From Azolla caroliniana (Eukaryota; Plantae; Polypodiophyta): a DNA stretch of 64,000 bases. Of the stretch, positions 12,273-25,014 are shown in pieces. Position numbers and translations under genes: made by a program. The notes below the pieces were generated by a model that was given only the letters and a program-made list of their open reading frames with translations, did not search any database and had not been told where the DNA came from. The stretch lies in NCBI GenBank assembly GCA_043228905.1, contig JBHGNT010000009.1, forward strand, positions 1,426,001 through 1,490,000. The letters run 5' to 3'. Within the stretch, counting starts at the first letter, position 1. Every line of letters begins with the position of its first letter.

Positions 12273-12429
12273 GGCAAGCTACTCACTCCATTGGATCACC
12301 CACACACAACTACACAAGCTTATACATCCTAATTGCATATTACATATCCATACACAACCACACAAGCTTATACATACAAATTGCATAATCCACATCCATA
12401 AACAACCAAAGTGCATATAATTACATAAA

Positions 12430-12993
12430 ATGGCCGGCAAGATGAGAGTGGAGATCCTTTTGGTACTCTCTTGTGTGATTTCGTTGGCATTGATCGGTGA
12501 TGTGGTGGAGGCGCGGCGTAAGCCACCTCAGGGCCCTAGTCATTTCACATTCTATATCCACAACCAAGTCTATAACCCCGCGGTAAACAACTCGGTCTTT
12601 ACCTCGGTGTATAGTGCGGGCCCTTTGAATTTGAGCCAGCCCAACCCATATAGCTTCGGGGTGCGCTCCACATTCGAGGTGAACATCACAACTGGGCCAT
12701 CACCGACCTCGAAACGCATCGGTGTGGCGCAAGGCATGTGGATCCTCGACTCCCAACATAAATATGTCCTTTTCCACATCTTCACCGCCACATTCACTGA
12801 GGGTGCGTACAAGGGTACCCTCGTGATAATGGGTCAGGAAGACGAGACCCTCGCGACTCGGTACCTCCCCATTGTCGGGGGGACCGGAGATTTCCTAGCC
12901 GCACGCGGTGTGGCCGTTTCCAAACTAACCGTCATTGACCACAAACCCCCCGCAAACTGGACCCTTCTCTTCGATTGCGATCTCTACTACTGA
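12430..12993 (+). CDS. Dirigent protein, type A copy 1 (secreted, 187 aa, intronless)
   Basis: Signal peptide; HFTFYIH, FG..T.GP..SKRIGVAQG, YKGTL.IMG and R.LPIVGGTGDF.AARG motifs; several N-x-S/T sequons. Confidence 0.93.
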   Translation: MAGKMRVEILLVLSCVISLALIGDVVEARRKPPQGPSHFTFYIHNQVYNPAVNNSVFTSVYSAGPLNLSQPNPYSFGVRSTFEVNITTGPSPTSKRIGVAQGMWILDSQHKYVLFHIFTATFTEGAYKGTLVIMGQEDETLATRYLPIVGGTGDFLAARGVAVSKLTVIDHKPPANWTLLFDCDLYY

Positions 12994-14773
12994 TTTTCTG
13001 TACCTTTATGTCAGAACATTACTGTACATATTGATGCAATCATTCTTCTAATAAATTTCTAATAAGTCTCACCTTGAGACCCAAGATGTAAACCACCCAT
13101 TCATTACTCATAATAAGTTGTAAGTTTATTGTCTTCCTTCATTTGCTTCTTAAGAATAAGAGCCTCAAATTATTGTTGTTCAAAGTGACATATCTACTTT
13201 TTATTTTATTTTTACCAAAGCACCGTCTTAACTAACTAATTGCACGAGTAGCCCTACTCGTTTTGAGAGCCTATAATACCATTCATGGCAATCTAATTAC
13301 TTTCATAAGTAAGAAGTAAGCCCATACTTAATGCATAATTAGCAAACGAGAGCCGATAAAGATAACAATATTGATCTAGATCTATAATAGGGGTTATTTT
13401 GCTAGAATCTTTCAGAGCCTATTTTTTGGTATTTTAACAAAAGAGGCTTGGTAATTTTGACCTACTTCATGTGTAGGGCGCATTTTGGTAGTTTGTTAAA
13501 AGGTTGAGGTGATTTAAAATAAAATGGGGGTATTCATTGATCATTGCGGTGAGGGTTGCTTACAAATTGAAAAGGAGGAGTTTATAAACAAATGTGTATG
13601 AAGTTAAGGGTATTTTGGTCATTTGACAAAACATAAGGGTATTGCATACTTTGTTAAGATATTAGTAGTGTTATGGTATTCTTTTTAAGCTTTTACAAAT
13701 TGGTCCCAAACATATTTCACTAGGGAGGATCTTATCAATGTTATAAGCACCCTTTTCAAGTGTATTTGTCAAGAACAAAAGAATTGCATGTATGATGCGA
13801 AAATGTAGTTGCTTAATATCATACGAAAGTGACAAAGCATGCAAATATATAAGAATAAATAAGAGGATCGTTGGTCAAAAACAATTTAACGAGATTTTAC
13901 TTCTATGAATATAGAGGCACTTTCTTGGGACATCCATTGTAAAGGATGATCAAACCATGGTAGTAGCCTGTAGGTAAGTTTTTACTAAGCGTCTAAAAAT
14001 GAGTATTTACTAAGTAACCGTATGACGAAGACAATATTGAACCTTAACAAATGGCTCATAATTTCACACCTTGCAAATTATTGATAGAATATACATTTTG
14101 CCACTATGAGGTGATAAATATGTACATTCAAGTCATGTAATATCATCATACTTTGATATAATCATATTGTCATTAGGACACAAATATGTTGGAAAATAGC
14201 TGATTAATTTTATATTTTGTTTTTCGAGCATTCCATGGCTCCATTGTTGTAGAATACTAATTAGCATACAATACAGGTAGAACACATATGCTAAGTATTC
14301 TACCTTTTTTTATAACAACTTAAAATGAGTACACTATAGATATAATACATTAAACAAGTAGATTAATATGTGTTGAATCCTTCAATACTTCTTAAATTGT
14401 AAAGTCCTCAACATAAATAAATACATTTTTAGTTCTAATGTTTTTTGGAAATATTAAATGCTTGTTAAATATGTAGAATATGTGAAACATTTTAAAATGG
14501 TAATTCTAAAATGCCGAATATATGTAGAATACTTCAATGTATTCTAAAGATAAAATACACATTTTTAACAACTAAGCATGGCTCTTCAAAAACTAATAGT
14601 CACAGTCAGGTGGCATCTATGTATGTGCTTGATGTAGATTGAACATCATCTATGAAACTTAAAGTCAACATGTGAATGCCATCTTGTCTTTAAGACATAT
14701 CATCTTTTAGTGCATCCCATTCAAAAAGTTGGTTCCATCACTAGCTTTGCTAATCACTGAGACATTTGAATTA

Positions 14774-14906
14774 GGAAATTGGTAAATTCACAGTTTTTTC
14801 TGTATTTTCACAGTTTTTTGGGGGGGATGGGTGCGAATAATCATATTTTTGAACTCAAAAGAAAAACTGTGAAAATAAGGAAAAAACTGTGAATTTACCA
14901 ATTTCC
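14774..14906. mobile_element. ~133 bp hairpin MITE with ~48 bp TIRs and an 8 bp TSD (Mutator- or hAT-like)
   Basis: ggaaattggtaaattcacagtttttt ... aaaaaactgtgaatttaccaatttcc; TSD ttgaatta/tagaatta; empty site at ~27395. Confidence 0.85.
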
Positions 14907-15625
14907 TAGAATTATTGTTCTACCTCTAATAAGTTTGTGTATTCCTCGACTTTAGATAATTCAGCTATAGGATTTGGATATGACTCAAGTTTCTTAGGTA
15001 AGGAGACCTCTTTAGGTTAATTGGAACACCCCCTTCCCCTTGTTCCTCAGGTATGACATGAGTTTTGGATTGGGCTTGGTGGAGGTTTAACAAAAGTAAG
15101 ACTCTCTTTGTTTTCATTTTTGCTTAGGAAAGCTTGAAACTCATTTCACATGGAGCACGACTTCAGAAGGAAATATGGATAACAAATTTAAGAAGGTGTG
15201 ATCACCGCCATAAGTGCGTCACTTCACCTTTTTGTGGAACTAGACCATGAGTTCTTAGACTTGTTTGCTAGTAGAGATCATTTACAGTTTCTCTTCTACT
15301 AGGGTCTTAACTTGATATCTTTTATTGGTGGTGCCACAATGATAGTACTCATGCTCGGTTGGGGATTCACTTACAATATGCTAGCCATGGTAATTAAAAG
15401 CTTCCTTTTTTGGAAAAAGAAAAGAAAAGAAAAGCTTCCGAGTATGTCTTCTAAGGTGGTTCTTATGAACCATAGAGACTGTCACATCTATCCCTCGCAA
15501 TGTGTACAATGGCTAGTAAATACTTCTACCTTCCTACTTTCTTTGTTCATATTTTTCATGCATTATTTCTCTATGGTACAATGACCCTTACATCCCTAGG
15601 TTAGTTCCCATCTCATAATGATATT

Positions 15626-16222
15626 CGTTAGGATCGTAACCGGCCACAAGCAATTTCTAGTATACGTATTCGGATGCAAAGAAACGAGCAAGATAATACA
15701 CAAACAAAAAACGAAGAGCAGAAACGGAAAGATATAGAGACACGGGATATTTAACGTGGAAAACCCGAATCGGGAAAAACCACGTGAAGTTCATAAACTC
15801 CAAAACAGATCATTATAAGGGGGGGAGTACAACAAGAGGATTCAAGGCAACTACCTTGAACTCTTCTTCGTCGACTGACAGCTACAGAGTTACATACTCT
15901 TTCAGTCACACACTCTCTCTCACTAGTTACAAAGGCAACTATACAACAATGACCAACTACAACACTACCATAAAGTTTGCCCTAGTTGTATTTATACTTA
16001 TACAACTTTCTGACTATTTACATACATAGCCCACAAGGGGCACATTTAGACTATTTATACATATGGTCTCCCGAATCCGCTATTAAATCAATTTTTCGAT
16101 TTTCAGTTTTCGGTTTTCAAATTTCTGCCTCGGACGAATTACTCATCCACTCATTCTGAATCGGTTCTCCCTTTCCTCGATTCGAGCTTCTCTTCCCATT
16201 CAGAGGGACCTGTTATTTAACA
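15626..16222 (-). mobile_element. Solo LTR (~597 bp), probably Copia-type
   Basis: Termini (c)gtta...taaca; 5 bp TSD atatt/atatc; internal ttaacgtggaaaacccg..gggaaaaaccacg motif; empty site at ~28253. Confidence 0.75.
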
Positions 16223-16950
16223 ATATCCTGATCTACCAAGCTTATTTCAATTCGAGGCATTCTTTGTTCTAGCCGTAATCATCACCATGACCAATGACCT
16301 AAAAGTCAATGGCTATTGATTGCATTGGGGAAGGTGTAGGGTTCAAATCGCAGCTTGTGTGTGTGGGAGTATCCACCCTTTTTTGTTTCTCTATAAGAGG
16401 GGGGGTAGTTGAGAATTCAATACTGTTGAAGACGAAGTGGTGAACGCGAAAACTAATGAAGAATGGATTTTCCTTCTGTTTACAATAGTTTGTTTCAATA
16501 TTGTTGTATCTTTCCTTTGTTCTTCATTATGCATAAAAGTTCAAGTTCTCTTCATTGCAGGATCTGCTTGTATTTGCGGATGTGGACCACTTTTCTTTGC
16601 CAGTCAAGCACCAAGTATACCATTGAGGAGGACTAGATGATGGGACATAAATGAATGCCAAAGTGATTTTGCGTAACCAGAACAGATAGCTAAAGGGAAG
16701 GTTATAAGCGGCGAAAATTAGGAATTGGGCATGTTCCATTCAGTGGTCATATCTTCTCATATTATGAAAGCTCCCCGACTCTAACTATAAAAGGAGGAAA
16801 GGAGGGCTTATTGTGGTGTTGTTTTTTGTTGGGCATATATATGGTGGAGGTGGGTTTCTTGGCTCAAAATAAAAGGAGGACTGGCAGGCTTATGTTGATG
16901 CTCTTTTGTTGGGCATTTTCTATCACGGACAAGTAGAGGAGGCTCGATAC

Positions 16951-16952
<2 letters not shown>

Positions 16953-16983
<31 letters not shown>
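16953..16983. repeat. (AG)n microsatellite. Others: (CT)n 577-606, (GAA)n 3182-3202, (CAACA)n ~18418-18445, (GA)n 48824-48877 and 59002-59022; poly-G/C tracts at 452, 3302, 29845 and 41140
   Basis: Directly visible. Confidence 0.95.
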
Positions 16984-16985
<2 letters not shown>

Positions 16986-19474
16986 AAAGGCAAGATAATA
17001 AGAAAGAGAGAAAGAAAGTAGACAAGAGAACAAGAACTGAATTATGATTCTGTAATTGGTATTGTTCACCTTGACTAAGGCCAAGGTGAACCATTGTATT
17101 TATACATGTTTGTGGTCTCTAAATGTAGCTAGCTAGCGGGATCCTTGATCCCTCTCTCATATCTAAAGTGCAAAAAGTGATGTTTTACAAGAGGTTGTTC
17201 AAGTAATGCACATACATGTACAAAAAATAATTGTCCACACACATAGAATCTTCCATGCATGATCCACACACACACTCACTCCACTATCACTTTCATATGA
17301 TTATGAGAGAAATTTGTGCAAGGATTGGGTTTGCTCGAAGATGTGTGGAAAGCATAGTCGAATGTGCCCCAATGCCCCGTCTCACACCATCATACGTGTG
17401 AGCTAAGTCACATGCGAGACAGATAGATTTCTTTATAACAATAGGTCGGAATTCTAGTTCAAGGCAAGTGATCACACTTACATATCCAAAATTACTTTCA
17501 TATGCAAATATAGATACAAAGAATAATTGTCCACACGTAACACACGTACAATCTTTCATGCATGATCTATACACACTCACTTAGTTTACTATCACTTACG
17601 TGCACGTGCATCTAGTCACACATGCACACGATTGTTAGCATGGTTTAATTTGCAAACTAAGAATAGTACACTCTTATGCTCAAAAACATCATTGTCGTGA
17701 TGTGTGGACTCACATGCACAACTTCTCCAATGAACTACAATGAGCAGCCACATCACTTCCATGCCATTGTTATAGCCTCTCCTTGTGTTGAGGTTAGATG
17801 TTACTCTTGGATTATAAGCATCCTATGTCACTAATGGATCCTCATCTACACATAACCTTAGTGACATAAGAGCGACCAAGGCATTAAAATTTAAGACATT
17901 CATGAAGAGCACCAAAGTTGATCATCACAATATAGAAGAGTACCAAAATAAATAGTAATACTTCAATTTTCCATTGACCTAGGTCATTCACTACCAAGGC
18001 TTGTGTCAGGTAATTCTACACAACATTGGATATTTTTGAATTTGGTTTTGATGTATAGTTATATTTAACATTTGCCACAACATTTCCACTATAATAATTT
18101 ATCACTCTGTGTGGGAGGAGTTGTGTTGACAATGTGTAGGGTTATATATCAAGGTGAGTTATTGTCTGCCTATTGTGCATTTTATGTATTATATTAGAAA
18201 GTCTGCGATCCATGCTTAACTTTTGAGAATCTTATTTAACAAACATTGTCTATTTCTCTTTATATGGACAAGTGGCATTGCTTTCACTCTTTGTATTATT
18301 TTGGACACAAACGCATCGATTACAATTTTGTAAACCCATTTTTTAAGAGAATCTTTTTATTGTGCATGATCTAAAACTAGATTTATTAAACACAATCATC
18401 GCAATATAGTTGAGTTCACAACACAACACAACACAACACAACACAAAATTTACTAGGCAACAAGGGGGTTTTCTATCTCAAAGTCCTTTCATGTTTTTGT
18501 ATTTTTGAAGTTGAATAAAGTAATTATCTTGAATCCATACCAAATTAATTTGTGGCTCAAGATCTAACATCTCTAATATATTTTGTATGAAGGTAATGCT
18601 TTGACATTGCGTGTTGGCGAAAAATGCATTGTTTTTTATTAATAATTGATGTTGTAAAGATTCTCATAGGTTCCAATAATAGCTACTTTGATTTAAAACA
18701 TTTCAATGAACATTTAGTCTTTTAGATTCAATCAAATCAAAGTTTTTGTTTCGAAAAGATTAACATGTTGTATTGACATTTCAAACGCCAATAACATATA
18801 TAGATTTGAAACGCTGAAACAAATCCCAATTGAAATTTATGCTTGTGGGGAATAAAACAAGTATGGACTTTAGAAATTTGATAAAGAGACATTAATTTGA
18901 GATTGCTAAATACGTTGAAAAAAAAAGACCCCTTGATAACAAATGTGTGCTTTGATATTCGGTGTTGACGGCGGACACATGAAAGAAATGTTCTTGTGTA
19001 GATTGTAAGGTGGAAATCTAGCTCAAAATATGAAAGATGTGAAAGGATGGCATTAAAACAAAGCGTGTTGGTCACGTTGACAATCAATGTTGACAATGAG
19101 AGAGCATATTTCTCAAAAGTCTAATGCAAGAGGAAAATGTATGGTTGGATGGATGGACAACATATTAACTTGATTAAGAAAGTCATCCATAAGAAATATA
19201 ATATTGATGGTAAGGTGCCACGTTATTTTTCGACTACGTGCAAATATGTCGGTTGCATTAGGAAAGAGTATTTGGGATGAAGGACGACCGGTGCATGTCA
19301 ACCCTCCTCCTAATTCTCTATATATTGAAAACTTTATACTCACACCTTTCCATCAAACACTTACAAACAAGCCCTTCCTAGAGATAGATCTCAAGAACCA
19401 ACCCGCCCACCCACCCCATTCTCATCTACACTAGCTTGTACACATCCCAAGTTTGCACCTTACATACATAAGAG

Positions 19475-20035
19475 ATGGCCAACATGATGAGAGTGGCCAT
19501 GCCTTTAGTGCTTTGCGTGATCGCATTGGCTTCCATCGCAAATGTGGCGGATGCGCGCCGGAAGCCGCCCCAAGGCCCCGACCATTTCGCGTTCTACATC
19601 CACAACCAAATCTACAACCCGGCCGTGAACAACTCGGTGTTTAATGCAGTGTATAGCGCAGGGCCTTTCAATTTCAGCCAGCCCAACCCATATAGCTTCG
19701 GGGTACGCGCCACGTTCGAGGCGAACATCACGACGGGGCCATTGCCGAACTCGACACACATCGGGGTGGCACAAGGCATATGGATCATCAATTCCCAACA
19801 TAAGTTTGTGCTCTTCCACATCTTCACGGCCACGATCACCGATGGCCCACACAAGGGCACGGTCGTGATATTGGGGCAAGAAGACGAGACCATCGCAACA
19901 CGGCACCTAGCCGTGGTGGGCGGGACCGGAGATTTCCTAGCCGCACGTGGAAGCGCCGTGTCCACACTTACCTTCATCAACCACGTCCCGCCCGCATATT
20001 GGACCCTCTTCTTCGACCTCGATCTCTATTACTGA
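19475..20035 (+). CDS. Dirigent protein, type B copy 1 (secreted, 186 aa)
   Basis: Same dirigent motifs (HFAFYIH, IGVAQG, HKGTVVILG, RHLAVVGGTGDFLAARG). Confidence 0.93.
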   Translation: MANMMRVAMPLVLCVIALASIANVADARRKPPQGPDHFAFYIHNQIYNPAVNNSVFNAVYSAGPFNFSQPNPYSFGVRATFEANITTGPLPNSTHIGVAQGIWIINSQHKFVLFHIFTATITDGPHKGTVVILGQEDETIATRHLAVVGGTGDFLAARGSAVSTLTFINHVPPAYWTLFFDLDLYY

Positions 20036-21639
20036 TCATGTGCATTGTGTGGCCTGCCCCCCCAACCCTTATATTGATAAAACTATGCGATTTGATCTGA
20101 TGTATTTGTATTCCTGCACAGCAAATCTGTAAGGATCCAACCAAGCATGCCCCTCTCTCTTTGTATAGCCACCATTTCATTCTCCAAATAATTTGTAAGT
20201 CAGTGTTTGCTTTGAAGCTTATAACTTTTTCCCTTTTATCGAATAAGATCCGTCCTTAAACCATTGTTTTTACTTGACAATTTACTTTTTTGACCAAAGC
20301 ATCTCAAATTCCATCGATGACGCTACTTATTTTGATAGCCCACTACTCAAATCATAATAGCCTAATTAATTTTGGTGATTTAAAATAAAACTAGGGGCAT
20401 TCTTGATCATTTTCGCGATGGTCCCATTCGGATTGAAAGGGAGGATAGTATAAACATTTGAAGCACCCTTTTCAACATTTCGGTGGTTGTTTGTGAAGTT
20501 CGGGCTATTTCAGTCATTTCATAAAATGTAGGGGTGTTTTGATAATGTTTTCATGCAATGCCCTGTTCAAGTTGTTTTATTAATCTTTGTAAATTCAATA
20601 GGGAGGATCGTATGAATATTTTAAGCACCCTTTTCGTGGGTATTCGTGGGTATTCGTCAAAACATGAAACAAAGAGTAGTGTAGGAATACGTAGCTAGTG
20701 GTGCTATTGATTGAAAGCGACAAAATCATTCTTTTGAGGAATAATTGTGAAAATTAATTGAAAGGGATTTTACTCCTATTGATATATTTAGAGAGATGCA
20801 CTCTTTTTACACATATCCATCGTAAACAATGCTTGAATGTTACGAGTAGGTCAAAGTTTTCACTAAGTGTCTAAAAATTTGTATGATAGACATTAGAGAT
20901 GATATTAAGCATTAGTAAATGGCTTACAATTTCACGCTTCAAACGATTGCGAATATACGCTTCACCACTATCGTAGAATAAATACATTTGAATCATTCAA
21001 TGTAATTATACCTTGGTATAGTCATATCAACATTAGAATGCAAATTTGTTCGAAACTAGTTATATAATATTCTGTTTTGTTTTCGACAACGAAGATAAGA
21101 GGCATTTGTATACATGCTCAATGTCGAGATCAAACATTGACTTTGCAACTTCAACTAGATGTATTAAATGCCACACTTACAAGTTTTGTGTCGTGAATGG
21201 CATAGGCTAATGTAGGTTCCATCTTACTTGGTGATCCCTTAAACATAGGGTAACAAAGACTGTGACAAATGTATTTAGAATAACCCATATGTGTATGATA
21301 TGCATATGATTTCCATAGTGTTACATGTGCAAGAATAACTCCATCCGTTATGTTTGGCTAATAATATCCCTTTAACCTACGAATTTGTGCAATAATTGAG
21401 TTTGGTGGAAAATGTATGGAAAGCATAGCCAAATGTGATCAAAGGTAGAGCATTGTATCAAGTATCAACGTTTGACACTCAAACTCCCCAAGTTGATTTT
21501 GACGAAGCGTGCATAATTGACTACTCTCGTCACTTGTGCCGCCCCAATGTCCCATCACCCATCATAGTGTGTGTGAGCTAAGTGGTATGTGAGATAGATG
21601 GATATATATATATCTTCATATTTTTTCCAACAATGGTTT

Positions 21640-23510
21640 ATATTATGGCTAAAGTGATTCAAATGATACACGGACACTCCCAAATATTCTTAACAACTTC
21701 ATCATGGATTTTTCACCTTTTTCAACTGCTCTTAGGCTACCACATACATTCATTAGTGCACCACATTATCTACCAAAACATTGCTAAGTATAGTACAAAA
21801 TGTTATCCAAGCAATCTCTTATTGATGATCTCCTCATGAACTTCCTTTCCCTTATCAACTTCTTGTACATGGCCACATGCCTCATTTCGGTGGTGGAAAT
21901 ATCTACTAAAGTGGCTAATACCTCCAACGTATACAACCATTAAACATGAAGAAAACATTCAGTCTTTCCCATCTCTTATTAAAAACATCTTGCTTGCGAA
22001 AGACTACATGTGAATCACCCTTGATAACATCATATTCTCCTTTTAGTGTATGCACCAAAGTTAGCCAAGTTTCCTTTACTACATCCACAACATTCCATTG
22101 AATTTCCTGAAATATCCTTTGACTGATATATCTCTTTTTAACATCCATGGGAGACCAATTACGATTATATAGAGATAGTGATGTTGTCAAAGTGTCAAAG
22201 ATGTGCCTCTTGAGAATTTAAGACCCAAGAACCCAACATTGATTTCTCGAAAGAAACAATAGGTTGAAGATGCCTAGAGAGTGGGGCAATGCTTAAGCAC
22301 TATATTCCAAAAGGGATACAACCATAAATGGTATGATACAAGAGTTACCCTCTCAGCGTATATTATCTCCTTTCATAGTCAGGGTTATGAAAATCACAAA
22401 TATGCAAACTCAAGGTAATGAGAACACTTACTTCATGAGTATCATGTTTCTACTTCAATATGAAAATTTGCCAATCAAAGACAATGAAGATGTTCAAGAG
22501 AAAGAAAGTAGTTTATTAACCCTACTCTTATAGCAAGGGGCAATGACATGGGAAAAGCAATTCTTAGATAATATAAAATTACGATTCTCATCTCAAAGTT
22601 TTCCGATTTGTGGATCTTATCTAGTAATTGGTTCCTTAAATGCAACATGTTCGTTGTGCACATGTAAAATATCATGTTGGTCCACAACATTGGGAATATC
22701 TAAACGTCTTTCGAGCACAATCTAATTTAAAGGATGTCCATTTTTTGAGCCCTATCTAATGGTCCATTTACCCAAGCCTTCATTCCCAACATAACAATTG
22801 GTAAGAGAAACATGGGATGCATGAAGGCTTGGATGTAATACTCACAACACAAAACATTTGGCATCATAAAAGATTCCACAAGCAACATAAACCTCGCATC
22901 CCTGTCCTAGTGATTGAGACACGTGTAAGGATGGTAGGAGTTTCACATTATGTAGTATAATTAGAAAATGAAGCAAGTTACATGATACTGCCTCCACACA
23001 TACATAAGAGAAGAATTTTATCACCTTTATTTTTCCATTGTCAATGAGCTTAGAGAGAGTTATTTGGTAACACCTCTCCAAGTGATGCATCACAACCCAA
23101 ATTCACATTGAACAACTGTAAGGGCAAACAACACAAACCATTCCCTAAGGGACCTTGGTTTCCACTCATGTTCAATATGAGTAGGTGACAAATGGGCATC
23201 AAGCCTTTGGCATGATTGTTAGCATGTCCTTACGATGTATTTTTTCCAAGTTCAAGTGGGTCGGCATGGACTACCCGATTCTATGGCAAGAAAGGCATGA
23301 TTGGTGCTCGTTATGATGGATATGAGAAATGTGAATTCGACACAACAAAGTCCAGATATTTCTTTTCTTCAAGGTAGGGATCATCGAGATGACATGTAAT
23401 GTATGGTGCATCGAGTCAAGTAAGAACCACACCGAATGAAGGATCTCTATGGGTATATACCCACTACTTAACTCTACAATTCCTACTAGACTCTCTCTAG
23501 TGCTACTCAA
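21640..23510 (-). mobile_element. Highly degenerate LINE-like remnant (copies at ~31430-33310 and, inverted, 41380-42529)
   Basis: Broken minus-strand frames with W/C-rich peptides ending ..VFNKRWERLNVF..CIRWRY, resembling a LINE ORF2 C-terminus; present in three copies. Confidence 0.5.
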
Positions 23511-23598
23511 GTGGACTCTATAGGGGAAACGTGTTGAGAGTTATGGTGACTTAACTCTTCACGACTTGTCTATGCATTGTAAGAATTTATATGAGTTA

Positions 23599-23640
23599 AA
23601 TAAGAATCTACGTGACTTAACTCTTCAATAAGAATCTACG
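23599..23640. other. Tandem-duplication breakpoint with templated filler, joining unit 1 (~11027-23598) to unit 2 (~23627-33392)
   Basis: gagtta|aataagaatctacgtg|acttaactcttca|ataagaatctacgtgtctttggg. Confidence 0.8.
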
Positions 23641-25014
23641 TGTCTTTGGGTCAAATAATTTGTCGACCTTACTCCTAATGATTCCTCATAGCTTACGAGA
23701 ATACATTTTCTCACATGAATGGCTTACCTTTCCTCTTTTCTTTGGCAATGTATATGTGTATAAATCTTTATTTGTTCCTTAGCGTGTAGTTTACTCTTGA
23801 ATTATAAACACCCTAGTGCGACTTATGGTTTCCTCACCGAGATACAACACTATGAACACATGGGCAACCAAGGAAGGGCATTCACGAAGAATATGAATAT
23901 CAAACATTGCCATGTGTAAATAGTTCAAGAATAATCAAGCTTATGTTATTTAGTAATGATTTTTGTGACGAACACTAGACATCTACACAATATTGGATAT
24001 TCACATTTGCCACAACATTTCCAGTACAATAATTTATTGCTCTACATGAAAGGATTTGTATTAACCATGTAATTTGGCTAGTATTTAGGGCAATGTATTA
24101 TTCAAGTATTGTGTTTTTTGTGTGTATTATAGAAGTCTATGACAAATGGTTATGTAACGGTGATTCGACTTGAGAACCTCGACAACTCAAAATATCTCTC
24201 TTTATTCAAAGAATATTGGATGATTAAATTTGATGTACATGAGCCAAACAACTTTTTAAAAAATTTAGACTTATTGTTGTTTCACTAATATTGAATCAAC
24301 ACACTAGGGATGGAGCTTCATGGATGAGTGGGGCACTTGCACAACCGTTACTTATAATGCTTATGCCTTTTTTTTCAATATAGCCTTTATTGGGCCAAGT
24401 GGTTATGTTTTTACTCTTTGTACTGTGGACAAATCTACCAATTCCATGGTTGTAAACCCATCTTTCATGAGCAAATTGCTAGTGTGCATGATTTAAAACT
24501 AATTTAATAGTTTAGAATCAATAGACACAAACATCCGAAGACAAAACAAAGCTCACGATTTACTAGGATACAAGGGGTTATTAATATTATTATCAAGTCC
24601 AATGAAAAGTAGAAAGAAGGGAATGCGGGTACACACATATGTTGACAATAAAAGGTATACATACTATGAATGTTGACAATGAGAATGGAGACCCCCGAAA
24701 GAGTCTAATTCAAGTGGGAAGTGTGTGCCTTCAAAAATATCCAAGGGCAATCGTTAACTTAATTGAGAAAGTCGTCCATAAGAAATATGATATGCATGGT
24801 CGGTAATGTTTAATTTTAGAAGATGTGAGTTGGACAAGGGAGACTAGTCTAAGTCAACCCTTATCCTTCTCTATATAATGGCAAGCTACTCACTCCTTTG
24901 GATCACACACTCAACAAGAATTGCTAGAGAATCTACAATCCCACACACAAGCTTATACGTACAAATTTCATAATACACATCCATACACAACCAAAGTGCA
25001 TATAATTACATAAA

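Noticed and set aside
12430-12993. Horizontal transfer as the cause of the GC-rich intronless genes
   Set aside because: Dirigent genes are normally intronless plant genes and both families have plant-type signal peptides and motifs; no positive evidence without a phylogeny
16630-17195. Possible second solo LTR containing (AG)n
   Set aside because: No matching TSD or confident termini found
17215-17600. ~70 bp direct repeat ~300 bp apart, and similarity to 21380-21600
   Set aside because: Probably decayed dispersed-repeat fragments; no defined ends or function visible
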